64,000 nt of DNA from Schmidtea polychroa. Its lineage: Eukaryota. Where the stretch lies: contig CM097885.1 in the NCBI GenBank assembly GCA_044892525.1, positions 107,880,001 through 107,944,000 on the forward strand, read 5' to 3'. Both the position numbers and the translations under genes were made by a program. Positions 30,701-43,103 of the stretch are shown piece after piece. A model generated the notes under the pieces. The model was not told where the DNA came from, did no database searches, and saw nothing but the letters and a program-made list of their open reading frames with translations. How positions within the stretch are numbered: the stretch's first letter is position 1; every line of letters begins with the position of its first letter.

Positions 30701-33700
30701 AGTAATAATAATAGTAAGAGTNNNNNNNNNNNNNNNNNNNNNNNNNNNNNNNNNNNNNNNNNNNNNNNNNNNNNNNNNNNNNNNNNNNNNNNNNNNNNNN
30801 NNNNNNNNNNNNNNNNNNNNNNNNNNNNNNNNNNNNNNNNNNNNNNNNNNNNNNNNNNNNNNNNNNNNNNNNNNNNNNNNNNNNNNNNNNAACATTACTA
30901 CATATGGGGGGATCATTTTCGAAAATTTATGGAATTATTATTATTTTTTTTTTGGTTTGAAATACAATTTGACTCTACGAAGATGATACAATTCAGTATA
31001 CCTAAGGAATAGTTAATGGCTACATGATTTGAAGGGGGTTCATTTATGAAAATTTTCAATTTATATTTTAAAATATAATATAAGTTAAATATATATTAAG
31101 ATAAGCTAATTTAGTATATTTAGGTGGTAGTTGATGACTATATGGTTTATGGGGGGTCTTTGATGAAAAATTTTCAACTATGATGTTAAAGGCAATCTAA
31201 GTTAAGTTAAATTTATAGTTTATATTTTAAAGCTAATATAATTTTATAATTTATATTTTTATGAAGTTAAATTTATAGTTTATATTTTAGAACTGATATA
31301 ATTTTATAATTTATACTTTTAAGTTTATAATTTATATTTGGTGAAGTTCAATTTATAGTTTATATTCCTAAAGCTAATATAATTTTATAATTTGTATTTT
31401 TAAGTTTATAATTTATATTTTTATGAAGTTAAATTTATGGTTTATATTTTAAAGCTAATATAATTTTATAATTTATACTTTTAAGTTTATAATTTATATT
31501 TGGTGAAGTTCAATTTATAGTTTATATTTCTAAAGTTAATATAATTTTATAATTTATATTGTTAAGTTTATAATTTATATTTTTATGAAGTTAAATTTAT
31601 GGTTTATATTTTAAAGCTAATATAATTTTATAATTTATATTTTGATGAAGTTAAGTTTATAATTTATATTTTTAAAACTAATATAACTTTATAATTTATA
31701 CTTTTAAGTTTATAATTTATATTTTTATGAGGTTAAGTTAAATTTATAGTTTATGTTCTAAGACTAATATAATTTTATGATTTATACTTTTAAGATCATG
31801 ATTTATATTTTGAAGAAATTAAGATTATAATTTATACTTTTACAATCAACTTAGAGTTATAATTTATAATTTATAGTCAATGTAAATTTGTAATTTATAT
31901 TTTTAGGAAATTAAATTTATAATTTATACTTCTATAACTAATTATAATTTATATTTTTATGAAATTAGTATTATAATTTATACTTTTACAATCAACTTAG
32001 AGTTATAATTTATAATTTTTCAGTCAATATAAATTTGTAATTTATATTCTTAGGAAATTAAATTTATAATTTATACTTTTATAACTAATCATAATTTATA
32101 TTTTGAAGAAATTAAATCTATAAGTATAATTCATATTTTTATGAAATTGAGAGGATAATTTATACTTTTATGGGTTTACGATTTGTATTTTTATAGTTAG
32201 TTTAGAGTCTATTCAATTTAGTGTAGAATAATGTGAAGATGTTGCCCGAACTTATAAGTTATAGATATAATATTAGTAGTTTATAGATAAAGAGACTTTA
32301 TCAATATGTCTACGGGAATTTGCGCATACCAAGACCATTACGATAGAGAAATTTAGTTTGCATCAAAATAGGTTATTTTGTGGGCATCTATAGATATTAG
32401 TTCGCTTACCAGTGCGATTGAGATTATATCATCTTAGGTCCTACTCATCGCATGAACTTTAGGTTGCAGTATTCTTACAGGGAATGGTTCAAAATTTTTA
32501 AGTCTTTAATTGCCTTAAAAAAATTTTGCGCAGGGATCTCCTTGTTATTTTGAGTTAATTAGTTTCTTAGGTTCACATTGAATTTATAGTTTAAGAGGGA
32601 TTCGTTTAGAAATAACCAGCTACACTATCATGTTGTATTGTGTGAAATTTGAGTCAGGGGATATTCCCCGTTTATCAGTTCCTAATGTTGTGTGCAAAAT
32701 AGTATAATTTAAGTGTTAATTTAGGTATGTAAGTTAACGAAAAGGTCGATTTAATTAAAATTTACCTACTTTCCCGACTACACTGAGTACGGTACGATAG
32801 GCCCTATTGTAATATGTATCCACAATTAGTTTCCCATAATTATTTCGTCCGCATAGTCCCTGTGACTATGCCAACTACCAAGAAGGATTTATACGCCCTA
32901 CTCATGGTTAAACACCAATAGTTCGTGGCGACCTCTGGTTAAGATTATGATTTTAGTGCATGTAGGGTCGATGACCCGAAATCATTATGAACTGTGCATT
33001 CATAAATGATAAAGTGCATAGGTGCAGGTTTGGCTGGGATCTCGCTTCAAAATCATTGATAACCGACGATCTCATTCAAATCTACACCTCTATAATTAAA
33101 TAGAAATAATGAAAACAAGGTTTCAATAATAATAATTTATAATTCACAATGAAATCGTCCTTACTTACAATCTCAGAAAAATCAAAATCAAAAATTTGGC
33201 ATAAGAGTAAAAATATTCATTTTCATTTTTTTCCTTGCTTAAAAAGTGACGAAATGTGTTAGTTTATATAGCCTCTGTTTGACGTGTAAGTATACATGCG
33301 TGCATTGATGCAGTAAAACAAATTCAGATTATTTTAAATCTCGAACATTCGATTTTTAATTTTTATCGATTTTGATGGCAATTTTTCAGTAAGAATTTTT
33401 GTTTTTATTTTTGAAATTTTATTTTCGAATTATTTTTTATTAAATTTGCCTCCATGATGGATTTCAGCATTTCCAGAACAGTCCATGCTAAATTCAATCT
33501 ATTTCTTATTTTTAAATTGTTTTTTATGATTTCTTTTCTAAAATATTTATTTTTTAAACTAAAATATTTATTTTTTATAAATTTTATTGGGTCGTTTGGC
33601 CGTCATGGTGGATTTCGCCATTTTTATGAATTGTTCTGGATTTTTATTCAAAATATCGATATAATTTTCTTTACGTAAGATTTTATGAAGATTTTCTTTA

Positions 33701-33990
33701 ATTTTCTTTTTTAATTTTTACTAATCGCCTTTATTCGAATTTGTTTTTTGTTGTTTTATGTCTTTCGGTTATATTTGAGTAAGTTTTCGTGTAATACTTC
33801 TTGCTCGTGTTTTATTTTATTTTTAATTCAGATGTTTTATTTTTGGGTATATTATCTCTCTATTACCATTGTTTACTTGGTGTTTTATATATTTTTATTT
33901 AAGTAAACTTAATGCTGGGTATGCGTGTTGTGTACTGACACATTTCGTCCCATTCCCAACTTTGGGTCTAGAAATCAGTTCTAGCCCAAC
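29000..33990 (-). repeat. Modular ~5 kb unit C (inverted relative to units A and B), with decayed cargo ORFs
   Basis: 33195-33990 is the reverse complement of the 41304/46304 head segment; 32600-33100 matches 47160-47600; 30360-30660 matches 43650-43950. Stop-interrupted minus-strand coding remnants at 29.0-30.0 kb. Left boundary approximate. Confidence 0.75.
30040..32200. repeat. AT-rich minisatellite built on TTTATAATTTATATTTT-like units, with a local duplication
   Basis: Tandem degenerate repeats; 30027-30355 duplicates sequence within 31160-31540. Confidence 0.8.
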
Positions 33991-34049
33991 AATATTACTG
34001 TTCTTATATTGAATACTTTCACCAATTTTCAAGGGTGGATTAGTGAAAG

Positions 34050-34420
34050 ATTTTATTTTTCTTCCCATTAACCTTCAGCAGGCAAGTTATTGACTGTGTC
34101 AGCGAATACTTTGTGATTATAAAATTTTTTGAGAAGGTATGAATCGAACGATATGTTAAGATTCTTTATACTTCATATTTTTATCGTTGACTTTACGTTC
34201 TTTCTGCCATTCCATTCAAAGACTGATGATATATTAGTGAGTATAAAACATTGCATCCTTTTGCTTCAAGTCATATTTTTATTGATTTAAACTCTGGAGC
34301 ATTATCCATTACGACTGAGTTATGTGGTCCGAATGTGCAACACTTCCACCAGTCGAAACACGTCCTCCCGATCAGATCGCATACCCTCTAATAACTTCAA
34401 CAGTAGAGTTAAATATAAAT
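34050..34420 (-). pseudogene. Ty3/gypsy integrase fragment
   Basis: Minus-strand PHNSVVMDNAPEFKS...LEAKGCNVLYSLIYHQSLNGMAER matches the D-NG-EF and YHPQSNG.AER motifs; contains stops. Confidence 0.7.
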
Positions 34421-34759
34421 GCACTTCAACATCACGTCACAGAAGTGAGTTATGAAATTTTTAACAAGGAGCTCGTTCTTTTTTCCCCTCGAGAATCGTA
34501 TGAACTAGTACCCTAGTAATGTGTCACTGCGACTATGTTGGAAAAGCCTCCAGAACACGTCACGCGCTTCGTGCTTTATCGTGAGTATTCGAGTGATTGT
34601 ACATTCAAGTTCAAAAAATTTAGTTGCGCCACGTGATATTCCAAATTTAATCGTCATTGTTTGATGGGCATGACTTCGTCGCTTTACAAATTTATGTAAT
34701 GAAAATGATTTCAAGGTATTATATTTTCTTTCTGAAAAAATAGTTATCAAGAAGAACAA

Positions 34760-34844
34760 AGGGCTCGCAGGACATGGAATAATTTAACAAAGGGCTCGCG
34801 CGTGCCCCCGCGAGCCCCCGCAAGCCTTCTATAGCTTACCACTG
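34760..34844 (-). mobile_element. Isolated hAT-like transposon terminus
   Basis: Minus strand begins CAGTGGTAAGC..., followed by GC-rich GGGCTCGC/GCGAGCCC subterminal repeats; partner end not found. Confidence 0.45.
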
Positions 34845-35569
34845 CCTATAAATCATGCACAATGACTCATATTTCGTTAAATTTCTATCATTATCGATTC
34901 TGTCCGAGATGTTATTTTATTAATTTAAAAGCAATTCTTTTTATATACAACCCCTTCATGCCTATGAGACTCGTGGATTCGGATAGAGAAATGGCTTGAT
35001 CGTTATTCGTAAGTTGGAAGTGAATTATATATTTGCTTCTATTAAATCAATTAATATAGGTTAAAATAAGTTAATTATCCCTGTAATTTAATGTAATTTA
35101 TTCATGTCTGATGCATTTCAAATTTGAGCAGGTATTCACCTTTATTGTATTCGTTTATTTCCTAATCTCAACTTAAAATTAACTTTCAAAAGTTTAGCCG
35201 GGATCTGTTCTCATTTTATTTGCCGGATTCCTTGAAAGTAAAGTTGAAGTTGACTTTTGAAATTTTGACAGGATCCATCCTTATTTTATTCATGTATTTC
35301 CTTAAATTTAAGATTATTATTGACTTTTGAAAATTTTTGTTCATTTAAGGACAATGATCTGACTTATAACTTCGACGTACATTTTCGGTACCACTCTTAT
35401 ATTTCTTTTATTTTTTGTTAGGAATTTGAGTCTAAAATATATGAAATACTCGTTACCAATAACCCACTGGACATTTAGGGAACGAACTCTTAGTGTCATA
35501 TGACATAATGATATGATGTATATGGACATTTTAGATTATTTTCTGTTATTGTCGTTTGTTTTAGTGCCT

Positions 35570-36560
35570 AGTTCTTATTTTCTTTTAATTCTTAGATTAT
35601 TTCTTTTTACTTTTTGCTATTTTAATTATTGAATTTTGATTTTTCGTTAACTTTGTTACATCATTTGGCGTCCATGATGAATTTCGCTATTTTTAATGGA
35701 TTTTTTAGTTTTACGGTTATAGTTGTTATCCCTCAGATATTTTTTCGATGCTAAATCTTTCTAATTTCTGTTCATATCCCTTTCCATTGCTATTTAATTC
35801 AAATTTGCTTACTGCTATATGTTGCGTTTGAGATAATTTTATGTGATACTTCTTGCTTTAGTCTCATTTAATTTATTTTTGGGGTTTATTAATTTGATGT
35901 CATGTGAATTATGTTAAGTGTTTATTTGGTTTTTGGATGGGTTTGAGTTTGACTCGACTTGATGTTATACATGCTTGCTGTGTGCCAACGCCTCTCAGTC
36001 ACAATTTAATCACTTGGGTTTAATGCTAGTTCTAGCTCAATAAAACATAAAAATAAATAAAATTAAACAACAAGACCAACAAGTATTTCACGAAATAAAC
36101 ATAAATATAACATAGAAAAATAACATGATAGACTCAAATTTGAATTCATGGAGATAAGAGAAAATATATACTAGAAATAAAAGAATTTCACTGAAAATAA
36201 CAGATAAAATAATTTACAAATACAATTCATATAAAAAAAGATTGAAATCACTAGAATATTCTATTTTTGGCCAAAAAGTGATTTTGAGCTCACGCAGATA
36301 TAGTATCATTTGAATGCGTTGGAAAATAACACGTGAACACAACATTAAGTGAAGTTAAACTCAAAACACGTTAAAACATCAATTTAACACAATTAAAAGA
36401 ACCTACATAACACCAAAATGATAAACAAAAAAGTAAAATAAAATGAAACAAAAAGCAAGAAGTATTGCACGAAACGAACTAAAACATAACGTAGACAGAT
36501 AACAAAAGTAAAAAAATTTAAATAATGGCGAGATAAGAAAAGTAGGAATAAAAAAAGTAG
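35570..36560. repeat. Partial, back-to-back copies of the modular-unit head segment (unit D)
   Basis: A minus-strand head motif (...GAGCTAGAACTAG...AGTGATTAAATTGTGACTG) and CCATGATG at 35570-36040 abut plus-strand AAGCAAGAAGTATT-type fragments at 36040-36560. Confidence 0.55.
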
Positions 36561-37399
36561 GAATGGTACGACCAAACTAAAAATCTTGGCACGGCATTGG
36601 ATCTTGCTAATTAAAATTGATCTTATTGGTGGAGTCACAAATATACATGGCTTACCGGTTGTGTGCATGATAATTTTACACGAGAGCTCACCAGAAGAGG
36701 ACTTAGTCGGAGCGTTAGGAGGTCCCACCTTCCATTCGCCTAGGTCCCACTTCAGTAGAGGAATTTAAAGAATTAACTGCAATGACAGATAGACTACCCC
36801 AATCTATTTTATTTTAATTTTAAATGAATGTTTTGGCTGTTGGCCAGAAAATTTGATTGTGCATTTCTCAATAAAAAAGATGATCATGCGAAACATTAAA
36901 ATAAAGATAAAAACAAAAATTAATAAAATTAAACAAGTGCATATGACATTACATGATGACTGCAAAATGTAAAACCATTTATACTCACTTCTAAACAATT
37001 TGAATTATTGCAAAATTTGTAAGGGCATAAAGAATTTTTAAAAGTCGTACTTTCAGTAAAGCATTTATTTATATTTTATTCATGCGAAGTTTTACCTATT
37101 CACCACAACGTACAATTAAAAGCTGAATAAGCCTTTTGAAAGAGATTAATATTAGACTTTAAATATAATATTTAAAATTATCCATATATATACTTCTTTC
37201 GTTCCTTTGGTAGGGAAATGTGTAAAACAAGTCTCCATAACTTCATATTTAAAAATTCCCACTTGAAAATTACGGTTTTCGAAGCGAATAGGGTTAATTA
37301 CCATTTAAATACTGAATGAGCACCCGCAATGTAATTATTATGTTTAAATAAATATTAAATGAACTAAATTTAATAGTAATATTATTGTGAAAATGATTT

Positions 37400-39061
37400 T
37401 CAATTTAATTTAATTTTTTTTCTTTCGGAAAACAAATTGTCTCCTTTATTAAATAAATCCACCAATCCAACCAAATTGAATGGCGGCCCGTTTTTTAGGC
37501 ATTGAATTTTTGTTTCGTAAAATATTAGCTCCTTAATTTTAATCCATTCGTCTGGCGTACAACTTTTCAAACTATTTTTAATTGAATTTTCATATTTTAA
37601 CTCTTTTCTCATGACTATTTTTTTAGCAAAAAGAAGATTTTTAAAATAGACTTGATAATTGATTTCTGCCATTTTAGATTTGTAGATTTTCGAGCAAAAT
37701 TGACAGCTTTTAATAAGATAAATGTGGCATTTTTTGCACAATTTAATGTGATCTCTTAATCCACCAATATCATGAATAGGTTTACAGATTTTATTACACA
37801 GAGAGTAAATGTTTGTGTTTTTATGTGGTACCATTAACAGAGAAATGTGAACAAAAAACATGAATTGGCATCGATAAAGTCTATGAAATACGTAATTTTC
37901 GTGATTTTCAAACCTGGCTGTACAAACACAAACATGCTCTTCGGGTTTTAATCTTCGACATATATGGTGAAGCCCATTGGACATATTTATACATCCTTTA
38001 TGTCTATGCAAACATTTTTGGCATAGTTCTGGAAACTCGGTGAAGAACTTAAATAATTGCTGTTGTCTGTGATTATAAAATTTTGTTTCAAGTCTTCGGA
38101 TTTCAGTAGAATCGGAAATATTTTTCAAATATTTATTCAGTTCGAACCGAAAAATATTCTCAAATCCAATCAGAGACATAATTTCATCTGTTGAAACGTT
38201 GTGGTTTTGCTTGTAATTTACAAAAAATTTTGTCAAAGAACGAAGATTAACGTCAGAAAATTTCAATCGTTCTACTGATCTAAAAATGGAATTGAGTTTT
38301 GGAAATTCATTTTCAACTAAACTATCCATTACATCTGAGCAAATCTGGCACATCAACATTTCATTTTTGATACATTTCGAATAATCAATTATCCATGTTA
38401 TAAAATTACTGTAGTGTTTCTTACAATAATGACAAAACACATTCATTTTCGAATATTTTTTATCGCAGGCTAAATCGATCCAAGTAATCAACCAATGAAA
38501 TCCAGCCAATGAGCATTTAGGAAACGGTATTGGACATTTTTCTTTAGAAAAATATTTAATATTCAACGGTTGAATATGATCAAGATATTGTTGATGGTCA
38601 TCAAATATTTCACCACAAGGACATCCATGAGTGATGAGTTTCATCTCACGGCATTGATGATGGATTTCAGTTTGCTCTTTTAATCTCAGTCCACAAGTCA
38701 AACAACAAATAGGCTTTTCATTCAAGTACTTTTCGCATGCTTTCAGCCACTTGTCACAGTGATTTAACAATGAATTTATTGGAGATTCATATTCTTTGAG
38801 ATTTCTAGATAAATTTTCATTTCGGTTTTCTAACACAATATGCTCAACGATAGAAATTGATAAATATCTTTCCAAAATGGGAAATGAGGTATGATTGGAA
38901 TTTAATTTCGTATTTAAACGTAAATTTGAACATGCAAATTCATTAAACATAGATCCGCATTCGTTATTGCTTTCGTCAATATTTCTCAAAATTACTCTTT
39001 CAACATTAAAAGAACTTCTTAAATTTTTAATTTTATCTAAATATTTTAAAGAAAGCGTCAT
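37400..39061 (-). CDS. Orphan 553-aa Cys/His-rich multi-zinc-finger protein, intronless, with an internal duplication
   Basis: Longest ORF in the window. Two copies of HHxCRx6HxCxCx3Fx2Hx2Yx2H, each preceded and followed by CxxC pairs; basic C-terminal RKKIK (NLS-like). Confidence 0.8.
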   Translation of the reverse strand: MTLSLKYLDKIKNLRSSFNVERVILRNIDESNNECGSMFNEFACSNLRLNTKLNSNHTSFPILERYLSISIVEHIVLENRNENLSRNLKEYESPINSLLNHCDKWLKACEKYLNEKPICCLTCGLRLKEQTEIHHQCREMKLITHGCPCGEIFDDHQQYLDHIQPLNIKYFSKEKCPIPFPKCSLAGFHWLITWIDLACDKKYSKMNVFCHYCKKHYSNFITWIIDYSKCIKNEMLMCQICSDVMDSLVENEFPKLNSIFRSVERLKFSDVNLRSLTKFFVNYKQNHNVSTDEIMSLIGFENIFRFELNKYLKNISDSTEIRRLETKFYNHRQQQLFKFFTEFPELCQKCLHRHKGCINMSNGLHHICRRLKPEEHVCVCTARFENHENYVFHRLYRCQFMFFVHISLLMVPHKNTNIYSLCNKICKPIHDIGGLRDHIKLCKKCHIYLIKSCQFCSKIYKSKMAEINYQVYFKNLLFAKKIVMRKELKYENSIKNSLKSCTPDEWIKIKELIFYETKIQCLKNGPPFNLVGLVDLFNKGDNLFSERKKIKLN

Positions 39062-39460
39062 CTTTTATAATTCCTATTATATGCAATTTATTGATTTATT
39101 TAATAAATTTTTTTACTATTATCAATTAATTCATTAATTATCTAGATTTTTTCAAATAACTTTGAAATTGAGCGTCTAACCATACCAGGACAATTGTGAT
39201 CAACCAACGTGAATAGAGTGTTAGTAGGAATATGACCCATGGGATATTTGGCTTGAAAAAATTTAGGGTGGAGAGGTTTTTAATTTTTTCTTGTTTAAAA
39301 ACATTAAAATTTATTCTTAAATGAAAAAGTTCTCATAAAAATTTATATTAAAAATTATCTTTGTAAATTTCCATTAAAAACTATTTCATACAAATTTGTA
39401 TTAAAAATTTCATTATATTAAATTATTTCTCAAATGTAGGTGTTTTTGGAATATATAATA

Positions 39461-40465
39461 GGGTAAACTCGGCTTTCTGCGTGACACGGCTAAATTCGTG
39501 ATAACAAAGTAAAAATGCACCATTGAGTTTCACATGCGGTTTTGTGTAAATGTTTGTCCGTGAAACTATTAGATTAAACTATTCCGCAGCCAAAGGGACT
39601 ATCTGGTGCCATTTATATATAAATACCAGTTCAGTTGAATTTGCTAAAGTAAACTAACCATCAAATTCTTATTTGTGGAGCTCGTAAGAGAAAAAGTGCT
39701 GCTCAAAGAGCAAGAGTGTTTAACATTTCAAAAAGCAAAGAAAATCAGCCTTCCACATCGACATGTCTACAGCTGCCATCCACATCAACCTCTCTACAAA
39801 TACCCAGCACTTCAAAAAACAACAAGAAAAAAAACGACGAAGAAAATTGCACAGTGTGTGATCGTAGATTCCAGAACTATCTATGGGGAGAAGAATGGAT
39901 TCAGTGCAATATCTGTGAAAATGGTTTCACTTTCTTTGTATCGACTTGCATGAATATGATCCTGATTTCATCTGCTTTAGTTGTGAAGATTTTTTTTTAT
40001 ATCCTGTTGCATGTTTAATTTTTCTGTTTATAATGATATGATATGTTTTTTTTGTTAATATAGTTAGTTTGAATTAATATTATTTGTAATAAAACATTGA
40101 TTTTATTTTTAACATCAAAATTTATTGCATTTTAAATAATATAACGGTACCAGTTACACAAAAAGGTTACCTTCTGATTAATAATTTAGGAATTCCGATA
40201 AAAATGTTATCACGAAATTAGACCTTCTTTGTCACGAAATTAGCCATAGCATCACGAAGCTACACAAAAAGAACATGGTTGGTTTGAACGTATATAAGTT
40301 TAAACTCTAATAACAAATTTCAAAATTTTAAATGATAGATTAGTAGACGAATCATGTACCGGGACATTACATAGTTTTTTTATATCTATAATTATTGGAT
40401 AGATATGCTTTCTTTTAAAATATTAAGAATATTCCTTAGTATCACGAAGTTTGCCGAGTTTGCCC
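39461..40465 (+). mobile_element. pogo-like (Tc1/mariner superfamily) deletion derivative nested in the MULE-like element
   Basis: TIRs GGGTAAACTCGGC / GCCGAGTTTGCCC with TA on both sides; retains a C-terminal PHD-like fragment. Confidence 0.8.
39716..40018 (+). pseudogene. Transposase C-terminal remnant with a degenerate PHD finger
   Basis: CTVCDRRF...GEEWIQCNICE matches the PHD C-x2-C ... WIQC-x2-C motif; the downstream H/C ligands are lost. Confidence 0.65.
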
Positions 40466-42850
40466 TACATTAAATACATTCATTTTTAAAATTATTACTT
40501 TAACTTACTTAAGTTAAATTTTTACTTTACTTTTTTTTAAATTATTACATATTTACTTTAATTTCCCAAGCGACAATGTTTCTTCAAAATAAAGTTACAT
40601 TAATATACCTTTTAAAATTGCATAAACCTAATTTAAAGAACATTACCTTAATTTACTTTTTTAATTAATGTAAACTTTATTTCTCAGTTAATAGCACTTC
40701 TTAAAAATCTACTGCTTATTTAAAATATTACTTTAATTTTAAATACTTTATCGCTTCTAAAAATAACTTACCATAAATTACTGTACAAAATACTCCCTTA
40801 CTATAGTGCTTCACATTGACATAAAAAACATGTCGGACACGGCAGCAAAGGCTATTTTAACTGTATTTTATAAATTTATTTTTATTGTGAAAAAATTAGC
40901 TAGAGTTTTTTAATTAATGAAAAAATGTTTCATTAAAAAATTAGGCTTATTGTTTAAATAAAATATTTATTCATGAAAAAAAATTTATTTTAAGTTTTTC
41001 AAAAATTAAAAAAATTTTTTTTCATTTAAATATAAATTTTAATGTTTTTATTCAAGAAAAAATATTTAGAGTTTTTTCATTGAAAATTTATTTTTATGCT
41101 TTTCAAGGAGAAGTGGGACTTCAAAAAATATCTTCAAGCCAAATATCCCACGAGTCATAGTCTTACTAATACTTACTAATACTCTACTAACGTGATGCCA
41201 TTACGTACTAGACAGCTTGAAAAAAAATATTGATTTTCCATTGTTATATTTTAATTAATTTTTCACTTCAATTTATTTTTTGAATTATGTTGTATTTGTT
41301 TTGTTGGGCTAGAACTGATTTCTAGACCCAAACTTCTAATTATGACTGAAATGTGTAGGTACACAACATGCAAAAAGCAAAAAGTATAGCTAAATATTAA
41401 AAACTACACCAAATAAACAATATTAATTAAAGGAGAAAATAACAAAAAAATAAACACAGAAATTAAATAAAATTATACAAAAGCAAGAAGTTATGCAAAA
41501 TAGAACTCAAAAATAACCAAATAAACACAGAGTTACAAAAAACAGACTCGAATAACTTAAAAACGGTAAAAACAGTATAAAATTCCAGAAAAACCCAGAA
41601 CATTCCATAAAAATGGCGATGACCATCACAAAAGCCATCTAGAACAACAAAAGTTAGAGAAAATAAATAAATTAGTATTAAAAATAAAAAATCTTAAAAA
41701 GAAATTCATAAAACATCAGTTAAAATAAAAATAAAATTAAAATTAACATGGAATGTTCTGGAACCGTTCCAAATCCATCATGGACGTCAAATTAACGAAA
41801 AATAATTAAAAAATAAAAACAAAAATTATGGCACAAAAATTGCCATTAAAAATAGCAAAATCGCAAAATAGAAAATTCTGAAATAAAAAGAATTCGAGTT
41901 TGTTTTACTGAATCAATACATACACGTGTACAAAATAGGTATATATACCGACACGTTTCGGTCATAATTTAATCACTTTTATGCCAATTTTTGAGCGAAA
42001 TCTTGTCAACACAAATAGTGAGTATTGATGATTTATTTTTCATTTTTATTGTATCGATGATTTATTGAGGTTAAAATTAAAGTGATTTTATAATTTTTCT
42101 GTTGAAATTATTTTTAAGTGATGTACGAATGTTCAACGGCGTACCGGTATTCCTGCGTCGTTGTTCGGTCCTGCATCCAATTTATTAAAATTTATAGGAC
42201 ATGCAGACATGCATTATTAATATTATAATGATCGCATATTATATGAATCTTTTTGTTCGGGTCCTTCGGAGGTCGAACTACTTCATGGTCCGGCCATGGA
42301 GTTGGGTCGAGGAAACCCTCCGTCTGACTCTTCGTATCTATTAAAGGTCAGCCGTAAATGGTTGACTTAATATACAACAGTAAGGTTTGTTGAAGTGGTC
42401 ACAGTGGGGCTGCGGAGGCAATAACTCTTCCCGACTTTTATTTAATACACATGTAAAATCAACATTCAAAATCATGAACAACGTCTCTACACTAAGGTCC
42501 TAATTTGAGTAGAACTCATACCTAAATTTACACAATTCTGCAATCACATCAATGTAGCTGGTTGATCAATAATAGTAATTTCAAGTATACTTAGACAGAT
42601 GCCGAACTAGATTTTGTAATAGGAGTTTATTGTAAAGTAATGGAAATGAGAAAGATAGTCGGCATATGCATAAGTATGACTTAATCTAGATAGGCTAATT
42701 CAAAGTAAATGTAGGTATTCTAAATCCAATTCCCACTTTAAAATATGCACAAATGTATGAATACTTAGTTACCATTTTACAATTATTTGTAAGATCTTAG
42801 AGATAATGATATTGAGGTAGATCATTAATGGAAAATCCCGATTAGAAGTT

Positions 42851-43103
42851 ATAGATTTCATGTATAGGAATTTTTATAACTAATTATACAACTTCAGGAA
42901 TATAGTTTATGAATAGCTACCAATAAACTTGAAAATAGATTTTATGTATAGGAATTTTTATAACTAATTATACAACTTCAGGAATATAGTTTATGAATAG
43001 CTACCAATAAACTTGAAAATAGATTTTATGTATAGGAATTTTTATAACTAATTATACAACTTCAGGAATATAGTTTATGAATAGCTACCAATAAACTTGA
43101 AAA
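42851..43103. repeat. Three tandem copies of an 84-bp unit
   Basis: ATAGATTT(C/T)ATGTATAGGAATTTTTATAAC... starts at 42851, 42935 and 43019. Confidence 0.9.

Larger units (their letters stand above)
39214..41186. mobile_element. Mutator (MULE)-like non-autonomous element
   Basis: About 45-bp imperfect TIRs (TAGAGTGTTAGTAGGAATATGACCCATGGGATATTTGGCTTGAA and its complement at about 41133-41186), flanked by a 10-bp near-duplication CCAACGTGAA/CTAACGTGAT. Superfamily inferred from TSD length. Confidence 0.65.
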
